Positions 20,706-29,160 of a stretch of DNA of 64,000 nt are shown piece after piece. Made by a program: the position numbers and the translations under genes. Numbering within the stretch: position 1 is the stretch's first letter; each line of letters starts with the position of its first letter. The notes beneath the pieces are model-generated. The model made no database searches, was not told the DNA's origin, and saw nothing but the letters and a program-made list of their open reading frames with translations. The stretch is taken from the NCBI GenBank assembly GCA_036149055.1, contig JAYZQJ010000279.1, forward strand, positions 32,638-96,637. Direction: 5' to 3'. Source of the stretch: Myxococcota bacterium. GTDB taxonomy: Bacteria; Myxococcota_A; Polyangia; Polyangiales; Sandaracinaceae.

Positions 20706-21215
20706 ATGCGACGCGCTGCATGGTCCCCTTACCTCGTGGGCGCCGGGATCGGCGTCCTCAGCTGGATCGCCTTCCTCACGGCCGCGCATCCGCTGGGCAT
20801 CACCACCGCGTACGAACGAACGGCCGCCCTGGCGCTGGCCCCGCTCGGGCTCGCCTCCAGCTACCTGAGCGAGAACGAGCTCGTCCTGGGCTGGGAGTGG
20901 ATGCTCGTGATCGGCGTCTTCCTCGGCGCGCTCGCCAGCGCGCTCTGGGGCCGCGACCGGGAGCCGATGAGCGTGCCCCCGATGTGGGCGGCGCGCTTCG
21001 GGCCGTCGCGGGGCAAGCGCCTCGTGACGGCCTTCGCCGGCGGCGCCCTGATGCTCTTCGGCGCCCGGCTCGCCGACGGCTGCACGAGCGGACACGGGAT
21101 CAGCGGCAACCTCCAGCTCGCCGTCTCGAGCTGGTTGTTCACCGCGATCTTCGCCGCGGTCTCGATCGTCGTCGCGCTCACCCTCTTCGGGCGAAAGGAC
21201 CGGCGCCATGTTTGA
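20706..21215 (+). CDS. YeeE/YedE sulfur-compound transporter (start uncertain)
   Basis: WSPY..G, LGIT, GARLADGCTSGHG. Confidence 0.9.
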   Translation: MRRAAWSPYLVGAGIGVLSWIAFLTAAHPLGITTAYERTAALALAPLGLASSYLSENELVLGWEWMLVIGVFLGALASALWGRDREPMSVPPMWAARFGPSRGKRLVTAFAGGALMLFGARLADGCTSGHGISGNLQLAVSSWLFTAIFAAVSIVVALTLFGRKDRRHV

Positions 21216-21789
21216 GCCCCTCCCCCGCATGCTCGGTGGCCTGCTGATCGGGATCGCCTTCGGCGTCCTCCTGCAGAAGGGCCAGGTCGCCAAGTACCGC
21301 GTCATCGTGCAGCAGCTCACGCTCGAGCGCTGGACCGTCGCGAAGATCATGGGCACCGCGATCGTGGTCGGAGGGCTGGGCATCTACGCCCTGCTCCCCG
21401 CGGGCGCGGTCACGCTGCACCTGAAGCCCCTGCTCGTCGGAGGCGTGGTCCTCGGCGGGATCAGCTTCGGTGTGGGGCTCGCCCTGCTCGGCTACTGCCC
21501 GGGCACCACGCTCGCCGCGTGCGCGGAGGGGCGGCGTGACGCGTGGGTCGGGCTGCTGGGCGGGCTCGTCGGCGCCGGCGTCTTCGTCGCAGCCCACGAC
21601 TCGTGGACCGCGGTGCAGCGGTGGGGAGGGGACCACGGGGAGCTCACGCTGCCCGAGCTCGTCGGGGCGCCCGGATGGGCCTGGCTCGCGGGCCTCGGGC
21701 TGCTCATCGCCCTCGCGGCCGTGTGGCGTCGCCGCCCCCCGCGTCGCGACGACGACGGCTTCCGTCCCCCCGCGCGATCTCACCCCTGA
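21208..21789 (+). CDS. YeeE/YedE sulfur-compound transporter
   Basis: G..FG.LLQK, FGVG..L.GYCPGT. Confidence 0.88.
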   Translation: MFEPLPRMLGGLLIGIAFGVLLQKGQVAKYRVIVQQLTLERWTVAKIMGTAIVVGGLGIYALLPAGAVTLHLKPLLVGGVVLGGISFGVGLALLGYCPGTTLAACAEGRRDAWVGLLGGLVGAGVFVAAHDSWTAVQRWGGDHGELTLPELVGAPGWAWLAGLGLLIALAAVWRRRPPRRDDDGFRPPARSHP

Positions 21790-21804
21790 AGAAGGAGAAC
21801 CTTC

Positions 21805-23178
21805 ATGAAGCTGAAGCGCTTCGAGACCCCCGGCATCTCTCACTACGCCTACCTGCTCGTCGACGGAGGCGAGGCCGCCCTGGTGGATCCTCGCCGCGAC
21901 GTGGACGCCTACCTCGAGGCCCTGCGCGAGATGGGCGCGCGGCTGCGCTACGTCGTCGAGACGCACCGTCACGAGGACTTCGTGATGGGCTCGGCGCACC
22001 TGAAGGAGCTCACCGGCGCCCAGGTGGTGAACGGCAAACACGACTGCTTCGGGCGCGGCGACCTGCGCCTCGACGACGGCGAGTGGTTCGAGCTCGGTGA
22101 CCTGAAGATCGTGGCGCTCCACACCCCGGGGCACACCCCCGAGAGCATGTGCTGGGCGGTCTACACCGGGGAAGAGGAGCAGGCGTGGGGCGTCTTCACC
22201 GGCGACACGCTCTTCTTCGGCGACACCGGGCGCACCGACCTGCCCGACGAGGATCGCTCGGTCGAGAACGCCGAGCGGATCTACGACTCGGTGCACGACA
22301 AGCTGCTGCCGCTCGGCGACGGAACCCTCGTCTTCCCGGCCCACGGCCCCGGCTCGGTCTGCGGCTCGGGCATGGCGGACCGCGCGAGCTCCACGATCGG
22401 GCTCGAGCGCGAGTACAACCAGGTCTTCCAGCTCGACCGCGAGGAGTTCGCGAAGAAGAAAGGCGGCGAGCGTCTGCCGCGGCCGCCCTACTTCCGGCAC
22501 ATGGAGGAGGTGAACCTCCGCGGCGGCCTCCCGCCGGCGCCGGTCGCGGCGCGCGCCACGCCGCTCGATCCCGGGGCGTTCGCCGAGCGGAGGAGCGACG
22601 GCAAGGTCATCGACGTCCGCGAGCCCGAGGCGTTCGCGAGCGCGCACGTGCCCGACGCCTACTCGGTCTGGCTCGGCGGCCTGCCGATCTTCGGCGGGTG
22701 GGTCGCCTCGAAGGACGACGCGATCTATCTCTGCACGGACGGGGACGACGACGTCGCGACCGCGTGCGCCCACCTCTCGCGCATCGGCATCGACGGGGTC
22801 CGGGGCTGGCTGGCCGGCGGCTTCCCGAGCTGGCGAGGCTCGGGGGAGGCGATGGCGCGCGCCGGCGTGATCACCCCGCGCGAGCTGAAGGAGTCGAAGG
22901 GCCTCCAGGTCCTCGACGTGCGCGAAGCCGACGAGTACGCGAGCGGGCACATCCCGGGCGCCGTCCACTGCTACGTCGGCCACCTCGAGGAGAGGCTCGA
23001 CCAGCTCGACCTCGACCCGAGCGAGCCGGTGGTGGTCACCTGCGGCGTCGGTCACCGCGCGGGCGTCGGCGTCAGCATCCTGCGGCGCCGAGGGTTCGCG
23101 GACGTGCGCAACCTCCTCGGCGGCATGAAGCGCTGGCACGCGCTCGACTACCGCACCGACGAGGGCGACGCGCCCTGA
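21805..23178 (+). CDS. MBL-fold persulfide dioxygenase-like domain plus two rhodanese domains
   Basis: AAGGAG RBS; ETHRHEDF, HTPGHT, TGDTLF, GRTDL, PAHG, GHIPGA, CGVGHRA. Confidence 0.88.
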   Translation: MKLKRFETPGISHYAYLLVDGGEAALVDPRRDVDAYLEALREMGARLRYVVETHRHEDFVMGSAHLKELTGAQVVNGKHDCFGRGDLRLDDGEWFELGDLKIVALHTPGHTPESMCWAVYTGEEEQAWGVFTGDTLFFGDTGRTDLPDEDRSVENAERIYDSVHDKLLPLGDGTLVFPAHGPGSVCGSGMADRASSTIGLEREYNQVFQLDREEFAKKKGGERLPRPPYFRHMEEVNLRGGLPPAPVAARATPLDPGAFAERRSDGKVIDVREPEAFASAHVPDAYSVWLGGLPIFGGWVASKDDAIYLCTDGDDDVATACAHLSRIGIDGVRGWLAGGFPSWRGSGEAMARAGVITPRELKESKGLQVLDVREADEYASGHIPGAVHCYVGHLEERLDQLDLDPSEPVVVTCGVGHRAGVGVSILRRRGFADVRNLLGGMKRWHALDYRTDEGDAP

Positions 23179-23205
23179 CCCGCCCTCCAGTCAGAGGGCC
23201 TGGAG

Positions 23206-24162
23206 TCAGAGGCCGCAGGCGCCGAACGCCTCCGCGAAGGCCCGGCGACCGCGCTCGTCCATCCTCGCGTGGAGGCGTCGGCGCGACTCGCAGACCCGCT
23301 GGGTGTAGGGATCGCCCTCCCGCATGCCGCGCTCGACGTCCCGCCGAGCCAGGGGGACCGAGCCGCCGCCGCAGCCCAGCGACTCGCCGTCTCGCCGCGG
23401 CGCGGAGCCGTCCTCGCACGCGATGACGACGTAGGGGTCCTCCGCGTTGAGGTCGACCGGCCGGGCCTCCGAGATCGGCACCGAGGACGACAGGAGGCTG
23501 AGCGGGACGAAGAAGCCGTCTCGATCCGTGGGCCGGTGCGGCAGGTCGCCGCGATCGTCGGCGTCGGCCGGCCGGTCGGGGAGGTGGCAGTGCCCGCAGT
23601 CGTTGAAGCGTCGGAGTCGCGAGATCGCCTCGGCGTCCATCGGCCCCTGGCGCACGGGGGTCGGGCGATCGGCGACGAGCTCCAGCAGCCTCGCGGTCGC
23701 CTCGGACCTCGCGTCGGCGTCTCCTCGCGGCCACCGCAGGCCGAGCAGGCGCGCCTCGGGCTGGCCGTCCGCGGGGCGATAGACGTGATCCGTCAGCCGG
23801 TCGGCTTCGAGCACCGAGCCGCGCACGTCGGCGACCGTCCAGCGCTCCTCGCCGTAGGCGAGCGACTCCACCCGGTCGAGCACCGTGCCGGGGGGCAGCG
23901 CGAGCGTCCACCGCCGTTGCTCCTCGAGCCACTCGACCGCGACCGTCCCCGCCTCCGGGAAGCGGGCGAAGACCTGGACCCGGTTCTGGCCGGGGTGGGC
24001 GGTCGGGAGCCGCACCGGAGGGACCAGCTCCACGCAGTCGCCCCAGTGCGCGTCCTGATCCGCGATGACGACGGGCTCGACCGACGCCGCGGGCTCACCC
24101 GGCAGCGCGGGCGGGCGGCCCCCGCACGCCACGCAGAGGCACGCGATGACGAGGCTACGCAT
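23206..24162 (-). CDS. Hypothetical lipoprotein with one CxxCH motif
   Basis: Lipobox CVAC; CGHCH. Confidence 0.65.
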   Translation of the reverse strand: MRSLVIACLCVACGGRPPALPGEPAASVEPVVIADQDAHWGDCVELVPPVRLPTAHPGQNRVQVFARFPEAGTVAVEWLEEQRRWTLALPPGTVLDRVESLAYGEERWTVADVRGSVLEADRLTDHVYRPADGQPEARLLGLRWPRGDADARSEATARLLELVADRPTPVRQGPMDAEAISRLRRFNDCGHCHLPDRPADADDRGDLPHRPTDRDGFFVPLSLLSSSVPISEARPVDLNAEDPYVVIACEDGSAPRRDGESLGCGGGSVPLARRDVERGMREGDPYTQRVCESRRRLHARMDERGRRAFAEAFGACGL

Positions 24163-24193
24163 GACGGCGAGCCTAGACCCCGTCGGCGCGTCG

Positions 24194-25354
24194 TCAGCTG
24201 ATCACGGTCGGGAGGGACTTGGCGCCGGTGAGGTAGGCCGCCACCTCGGCGAGCGCCGAGAGGTCGTGCACGTCCTGCTCGAAGGCCGGGACCTCGACGT
24301 AGAGGCGATCCTGGCCGGCGCGCTGCCGGAGGTGATCGGCCTGCAGCCGGTCGGCGATGGCGCGGGTGCGCGCGTCGTCGAGGGCGCGGCGCATGCGGCT
24401 CACCGCGCGCTCGGCGTCGAGGCCGGGCAGGTGGGGCCCGACCTCCTTCGCGAGCTCCGGCTCGCTCACCGACGGCTCGGCGAAGAGCGGGCGCACGCCG
24501 TTGATGACGAAGGCGTCGCGGCGCATGCCCGCCTCCTCGAGGCGACGCGCGAAGAAGACCGCCTCCTCCATCGCCAGCGGGTTCGGGCTCGTGACGATGA
24601 CGAACGCGACCTCGGGGCTGCGCAGCGCCTCGGCCACCTGGCGCGCGCGATCGCGGAAGCCGCCGAAGAGATCGTTGAAGTCGGTGACGAACTCGGCCAC
24701 GACCTCGAGGAAGCCGGTGCCGGTGAACTTGGAGAGGCCGCGCAGCAGGAACGCCGCGCCCTTGCCCACGAGGTTGAAAGAGAACTTGCCCGCGCCCTCG
24801 AAGGCCTGGATGAACCAGCGCATCGCCGGCGAGTCGACCAGGCCGGCCAGCCGCTCCGGCGCGTCGAGGAAGTCGAGCGCGTTGCTGGTGGGCGGGGTGT
24901 CGAGCACGATGAGATCCCAGCGCGGGTCCTCGCGGACCGCGTGGAGCTTCTCCATCGCCATGTACTCCTGGGTGCCGGCGAGGCTGGTGCTCAGGTACTG
25001 GTAGACCTTGTTGCGCAGGATGCGCTGGGCGACCTCCTCGCTCGACGCGTAGCGCCGCACGAGGTCGTCGAAGGTCCGCTTCGTGTCGAGCATCATCGCG
25101 CTCAGCTCGCCGTCGAGCGTGAGGCCGCGCTCCTCGAAGAGCGCCTTCGGCACCGCCTGCTCCTCGGTGGTCATCTCGGCCAGCCCGAGCGAGTTGGCCA
25201 GCCGCCGGGCCGGGTCGATGGTGAGGCAGAGGACCCGCTTGCCCTGGCGGGCCGCGTGCACGGAGAGGGCGGCCGCCGTCGTCGTCTTCCCGACGCCGCC
25301 GCAGCCGACACACACCACCACCCGGTGGTCCTCGAGGACGTCGCGCAGGCTCAT
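24194..25354 (-). CDS. ArsA/GET3-family ATPase
   Basis: GCGGVGKTT, TIDPARRLA, GTQEY, LDTPP, FLDAP. Confidence 0.9.
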   Translation of the reverse strand: MSLRDVLEDHRVVVCVGCGGVGKTTTAAALSVHAARQGKRVLCLTIDPARRLANSLGLAEMTTEEQAVPKALFEERGLTLDGELSAMMLDTKRTFDDLVRRYASSEEVAQRILRNKVYQYLSTSLAGTQEYMAMEKLHAVREDPRWDLIVLDTPPTSNALDFLDAPERLAGLVDSPAMRWFIQAFEGAGKFSFNLVGKGAAFLLRGLSKFTGTGFLEVVAEFVTDFNDLFGGFRDRARQVAEALRSPEVAFVIVTSPNPLAMEEAVFFARRLEEAGMRRDAFVINGVRPLFAEPSVSEPELAKEVGPHLPGLDAERAVSRMRRALDDARTRAIADRLQADHLRQRAGQDRLYVEVPAFEQDVHDLSALAEVAAYLTGAKSLPTVIS

Positions 25355-25460
25355 CTGCGACTTGCTTTAGCACGACGTCCTTTTCTTGGTGCGTCTCCGA
25401 TCGCCGTGTACCGTGTTGTCCTACATCTGGATACACCCGCGGAGACGCGAGGAGGAGCCC

Positions 25461-25832
25461 ATGTACCCGTTCGAAGAGCGCCGCTGCCAGCGCAGTGACA
25501 ACCGTGACCTCGCCCTCGGTTTCCAGCTCGCCCACGTGCGCGATCGGGGCCGGCTCGAGGCCCTCGTGCTCGCCGACGACGACGGGCTCGCCCTGTCGAA
25601 CGCCGGCGACCCGGCGGTCTGCCGGGAGCTCGCCGCCATCGCCCCGCTGATGGCCAAGAGCATCCTCGGCATGCCGATGCCCCCGCTCCTCCGGGGCGCC
25701 GAGGTCGCGGTGCGCATCGTCTACGTGCACGGCCAGCCGCTCTACCTCGCCTCGGTCGGCGGGGGCGTGGCCCGGGACGCCCTGCTCGCGCACTCGCTGG
25801 GGGGCGTGCGGCGCATCCTCGCCTGTAATTAG
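25461..25832 (+). CDS. Roadblock/LC7-like small protein
   Basis: GAGGAG RBS before ATG 25461; ALVLADDDGL...AG motif; 123 aa. Confidence 0.6.
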   Translation: MYPFEERRCQRSDNRDLALGFQLAHVRDRGRLEALVLADDDGLALSNAGDPAVCRELAAIAPLMAKSILGMPMPPLLRGAEVAVRIVYVHGQPLYLASVGGGVARDALLAHSLGGVRRILACN

Positions 25833-25836
25833 GGCG

Positions 25837-26313
25837 ATGCAGATCCGCTTCGCCGCCCCCGAGGACGCCGCGACGATCCTCCGCTTCATCCGCGAGCTCG
25901 CGGAGTACGAGCGCGAGCCCGACGCGGTCGAGGCCACCGTGGAGACCCTCGCGGCCCAGCTGCGCGCCCCGACGCCGCCGTTCGAGTGCCTGCTGGCCGA
26001 GGACGACGGGGAGCCGCTCGGCATGGCGCTCTACTTCCACACCTACTCCACCTGGCGCGCCCGGCAGGGGATCCACCTCGAGGATCTCTGGGTCACGCCG
26101 GCCTCCCGCAAGCGCGGGGTCGGCCGGGCGCTCCTCGCGCGGCTCGCGGCGCTGACGGTGGAGCGCGGCTGCGGGCGGCTCGAGTGGTCGGTGCTCGACT
26201 GGAACGAGCTCGCGATGTCGTTCTATCGCGGGGTCGGCGCGACGCCGATGAGCGAGTGGACGGTCTGGCGCCTCGACGGCGACGCGCTGACCGCGCTGGC
26301 CGGCTCGGACTAA
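25837..26313 (+). CDS. GNAT N-acetyltransferase (SSAT-like)
   Basis: ELAEYE, YSTW, LEDLWV, RKRGVG, VLDWN.LA..FY. Confidence 0.92.
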   Translation: MQIRFAAPEDAATILRFIRELAEYEREPDAVEATVETLAAQLRAPTPPFECLLAEDDGEPLGMALYFHTYSTWRARQGIHLEDLWVTPASRKRGVGRALLARLAALTVERGCGRLEWSVLDWNELAMSFYRGVGATPMSEWTVWRLDGDALTALAGSD

Positions 26314-26345
26314 AGACCCCGAGGTCTCGTCCGTTCCCCGAGCAC

Positions 26346-28031
26346 GTGTCCTTCCGGCACGCGCTCTGGGGGTCTCTCTTCGCCGCGCTCGTCGCGCCGT
26401 CGCTGGCGTGCGCCGATCAGCTCCACGTCTACGGGCCGCAGGGCTCGCCGCGGGAGCGTCGGGTGCTCGCGGTGCTCGAGACCGACGGCGGCGGCTGCGC
26501 GCCCGCCGACGGCGCGATCGCCTACGACGCGGCCGAGGAGGGCGTGACCGTGCGGGCCGGCGAGGTGGTCGGCCCCTGCGCGCGCTGGCTGACCGTCGAG
26601 GCGTCCCCGCCGCGTGAGCGGGTCACGCTCCGGGCGCGGGCCGGCGAGCGCGAGGCGAGCGTGGCCCTGCCCCTCGGCGAGCGACAGCAGCTCGACGTGC
26701 AGGCGGAGCGGCGCGGCCGGACGGTCTGGCTGCAGGTGCGCGGGGCGCCGGAGGGCGAGGCGGTCACCGCGTTCGCGCAGGTCGGCGCCGAACGCGTCCC
26801 CTTCGAGCCGGGCGGCCGCGGCCGGCTCCGGGCGCGGGTGCCCGTGGGTCACACGGTGGGCATCGTCGCCCGGAGCGGCACGATGGCCGGCGCCACCGCG
26901 CTCGGCCCCGGCCTCCGGCGCGCGGACCCCGAGGTGCTCGTGCTCTCCAGCGACCTCGGCATCGAGGCCGGCGGCGCGCCCCGCGAGGCGGCGTTCGTGG
27001 TGGCGGTCGACGGGCGGGGCCGGCTCTCGAGCTCGCTGCCGCTCGCGATCCAGAGCGAGCGCGGCCGCCTGCGGAGCCTGCGCTGGCTCGAGCGCGGCGT
27101 GGCGGCGGTGGCCTTCTCGGCGCCCGGCGACGCCGACGCGATCGATCTGCGCGTCGGGCTGAACGGTCGGGTGCTGCACGAGACGGAGCTGCCCACGGTG
27201 GCCCAGTGGCCAGCCGGCGGCGCGATCGACGCGCCCGACGCGGTGGCCAGCGGCGCGGCGTTCACGGTCGGGGCGGAGGCGCGCTCGGTCGACGGCGTGC
27301 CCCTCGACGGCCTGCACGTCCGCTGTGACGACGGCGCGCCCCGCGCGCTCCCCGCGACGTGCCCGGGGCGGCTGGGCCCCTCCGCGCGACGGCTGACGCT
27401 GGTCGCCTACGTGGACGGGCGCGCGGTGCCGCTCGCGAGCCGGACGGTGGCGGTGGAGGCGCCTCGCGCGATCGCCCAGCCGCGCCGAGCGGAGCCCGAG
27501 GTCGCCGCCGCGGCGCCGGTCGCGGCCGCGCCGCCGCCGACGCTCCTGGTGACCGCCTACGCGCGCGGCAGCTTCGACGCCTGGGAGCGCCTGGGCGGGG
27601 ACGTCGGCGGCCGGGTGATGGTGCCGGTGCTGCCCTGGCTGCGGCTGGGCGCCGGCGTCGAGTACGGCGCGCGCTCGGTCTCGGCGATGGGCCAGGGCAC
27701 GGTCGACAGCGACCTCTCCGGGGTGCGGCATCGGCTCCTCGCGCACGGCGCGGCGGAGCTCTTCTTCGGCGGCGACTTCGCGGCCGCGGTGCGCCTGGAG
27801 CTCGCGGGCGGCTGGAGCCACGGCGCGATCGGGCTGGGCGGCGTCGACGTGAGCGGGGGCTCGCCCCACCTCGCCGCGCGCCTCTTCGGGGGGCCGCGCT
27901 GGCGCCTGGGCGACGTGTCGCTCGGGGTCGAGGGCGGCGTGGTCGTCGGATCGGATCTGGACCGGCGCGCCTGGGGTGCGGCCCCGGTCGCGGGGAGCGT
28001 GGAGGTGAGCGTTGGCTTCCCGCTTCGGTGA
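26346..28031 (+). CDS. Exported protein with a probable C-terminal outer-membrane beta-barrel
   Basis: Signal-like N-terminus from GTG 26346, Pro/Ala linker, alternating amphipathic beta-strands at the C-terminus. Confidence 0.6.
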   Translation: MSFRHALWGSLFAALVAPSLACADQLHVYGPQGSPRERRVLAVLETDGGGCAPADGAIAYDAAEEGVTVRAGEVVGPCARWLTVEASPPRERVTLRARAGEREASVALPLGERQQLDVQAERRGRTVWLQVRGAPEGEAVTAFAQVGAERVPFEPGGRGRLRARVPVGHTVGIVARSGTMAGATALGPGLRRADPEVLVLSSDLGIEAGGAPREAAFVVAVDGRGRLSSSLPLAIQSERGRLRSLRWLERGVAAVAFSAPGDADAIDLRVGLNGRVLHETELPTVAQWPAGGAIDAPDAVASGAAFTVGAEARSVDGVPLDGLHVRCDDGAPRALPATCPGRLGPSARRLTLVAYVDGRAVPLASRTVAVEAPRAIAQPRRAEPEVAAAAPVAAAPPPTLLVTAYARGSFDAWERLGGDVGGRVMVPVLPWLRLGAGVEYGARSVSAMGQGTVDSDLSGVRHRLLAHGAAELFFGGDFAAAVRLELAGGWSHGAIGLGGVDVSGGSPHLAARLFGGPRWRLGDVSLGVEGGVVVGSDLDRRAWGAAPVAGSVEVSVGFPLR

Positions 28032-29160
28032 GCTCGCCCTCGCCGGGCTGCTCGTGGCGTGCGGCGATCCCGCCGGGGTGGCGATGCCCGACGCGCCGGC
28101 GCCGTCGGTGGAGACGCCGGACGAGCCGGCGGTCGCCGTCGTGCAGGAGGCGCGAGGCGACGTCCGCTTCTCGGCGGCCGGCTCCGCCACCTGGACGCCG
28201 ACCACCCGCGGGCGCTCGCTCGCCGCCGCCGACGCCATCCAGACGATGGAGGGCGCCACCGCGGCCGTCCGCTTCCACCGCGACGGGAGCACCGTCCGGC
28301 TCGAGCCGATGACCACCCTCCGCGTGCCCGAGCAGCCGCCGCGGGTGACCCGGCTCCGGCACCTCTCCGGGCGCATGGTCGCGCGCCTCGACCCGAGCGC
28401 CGAGGACGCCCGGCTGGAGGTCGCGCTGCCGCCCGGCGATCTCGTCATCGAGACCGAGCGCGGCGCCGACGGCGAGGCGTACGTGGAGGCGCAGGTCGAG
28501 GTGAGCCGCGATCGGACCGAGATCGCGATGCTGCACGGTCGGGCCCGGCTGCAGCGGACCGAAGGCGGCGAGCTCGAGATCACCCAGGACCGCTTCGTCT
28601 CGGTCGCGCCCGACGGCGAGGTCCTGGACGAGGGGGTCTCGCTGCCGGCCCCGGCGCTGCTCGAGCCCGCGGACGGCGCGACCGAGCGGGCCCGCGCCGC
28701 GATCCCCCTCCGGTGGGCGCCGGTCGAGGGCGCCACCGGCTACGAGGTGTTCGTGCAGCGCGGCGAGGACGTGGTCTCGGAGACGGTCGAGGCGCCGGAG
28801 CTCGCAGTCGGCGCCGGCGGCGCCATCCGCTGGTGGGTGCGGGCGCGCAACGAGGAGGGCGCCGGCCATGCCTCCGCGCCGCGCGCCGCCAGGCTCGAGA
28901 TCGATCGCACGCCGCCGGCGCTGTCGCTCACCCGGCCCACCCACGGCGCGATCGTGCGCGGCCCGCGGGTGACGGTCTCGGGCGCGACCGATCCCGGCGC
29001 GACCGTCGAGGTCAACGGACACCCCGCCGCGGTGGGCGAGGACGGCGCCTTCGAGGCGTCGGAGCCGGTGCCGCTGGGGCTGACCAACGTGGTGATCCGG
29101 GTGACCGACGACCTGGGCAACTCCCGGGTGATGACCCGGCCGGTCTTGAGGGAGCGATGA
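28012..29160 (+). CDS. FecR-like domain lipoprotein with C-terminal Ig-like domains
   Basis: LVAC lipobox; L..ADAIQT..GA.A.V.F..DGS.VRL...T.L; DRTPP; VSGATDPGATVEVNG. Confidence 0.7.
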   Translation: MASRFGELALAGLLVACGDPAGVAMPDAPAPSVETPDEPAVAVVQEARGDVRFSAAGSATWTPTTRGRSLAAADAIQTMEGATAAVRFHRDGSTVRLEPMTTLRVPEQPPRVTRLRHLSGRMVARLDPSAEDARLEVALPPGDLVIETERGADGEAYVEAQVEVSRDRTEIAMLHGRARLQRTEGGELEITQDRFVSVAPDGEVLDEGVSLPAPALLEPADGATERARAAIPLRWAPVEGATGYEVFVQRGEDVVSETVEAPELAVGAGGAIRWWVRARNEEGAGHASAPRAARLEIDRTPPALSLTRPTHGAIVRGPRVTVSGATDPGATVEVNGHPAAVGEDGAFEASEPVPLGLTNVVIRVTDDLGNSRVMTRPVLRER

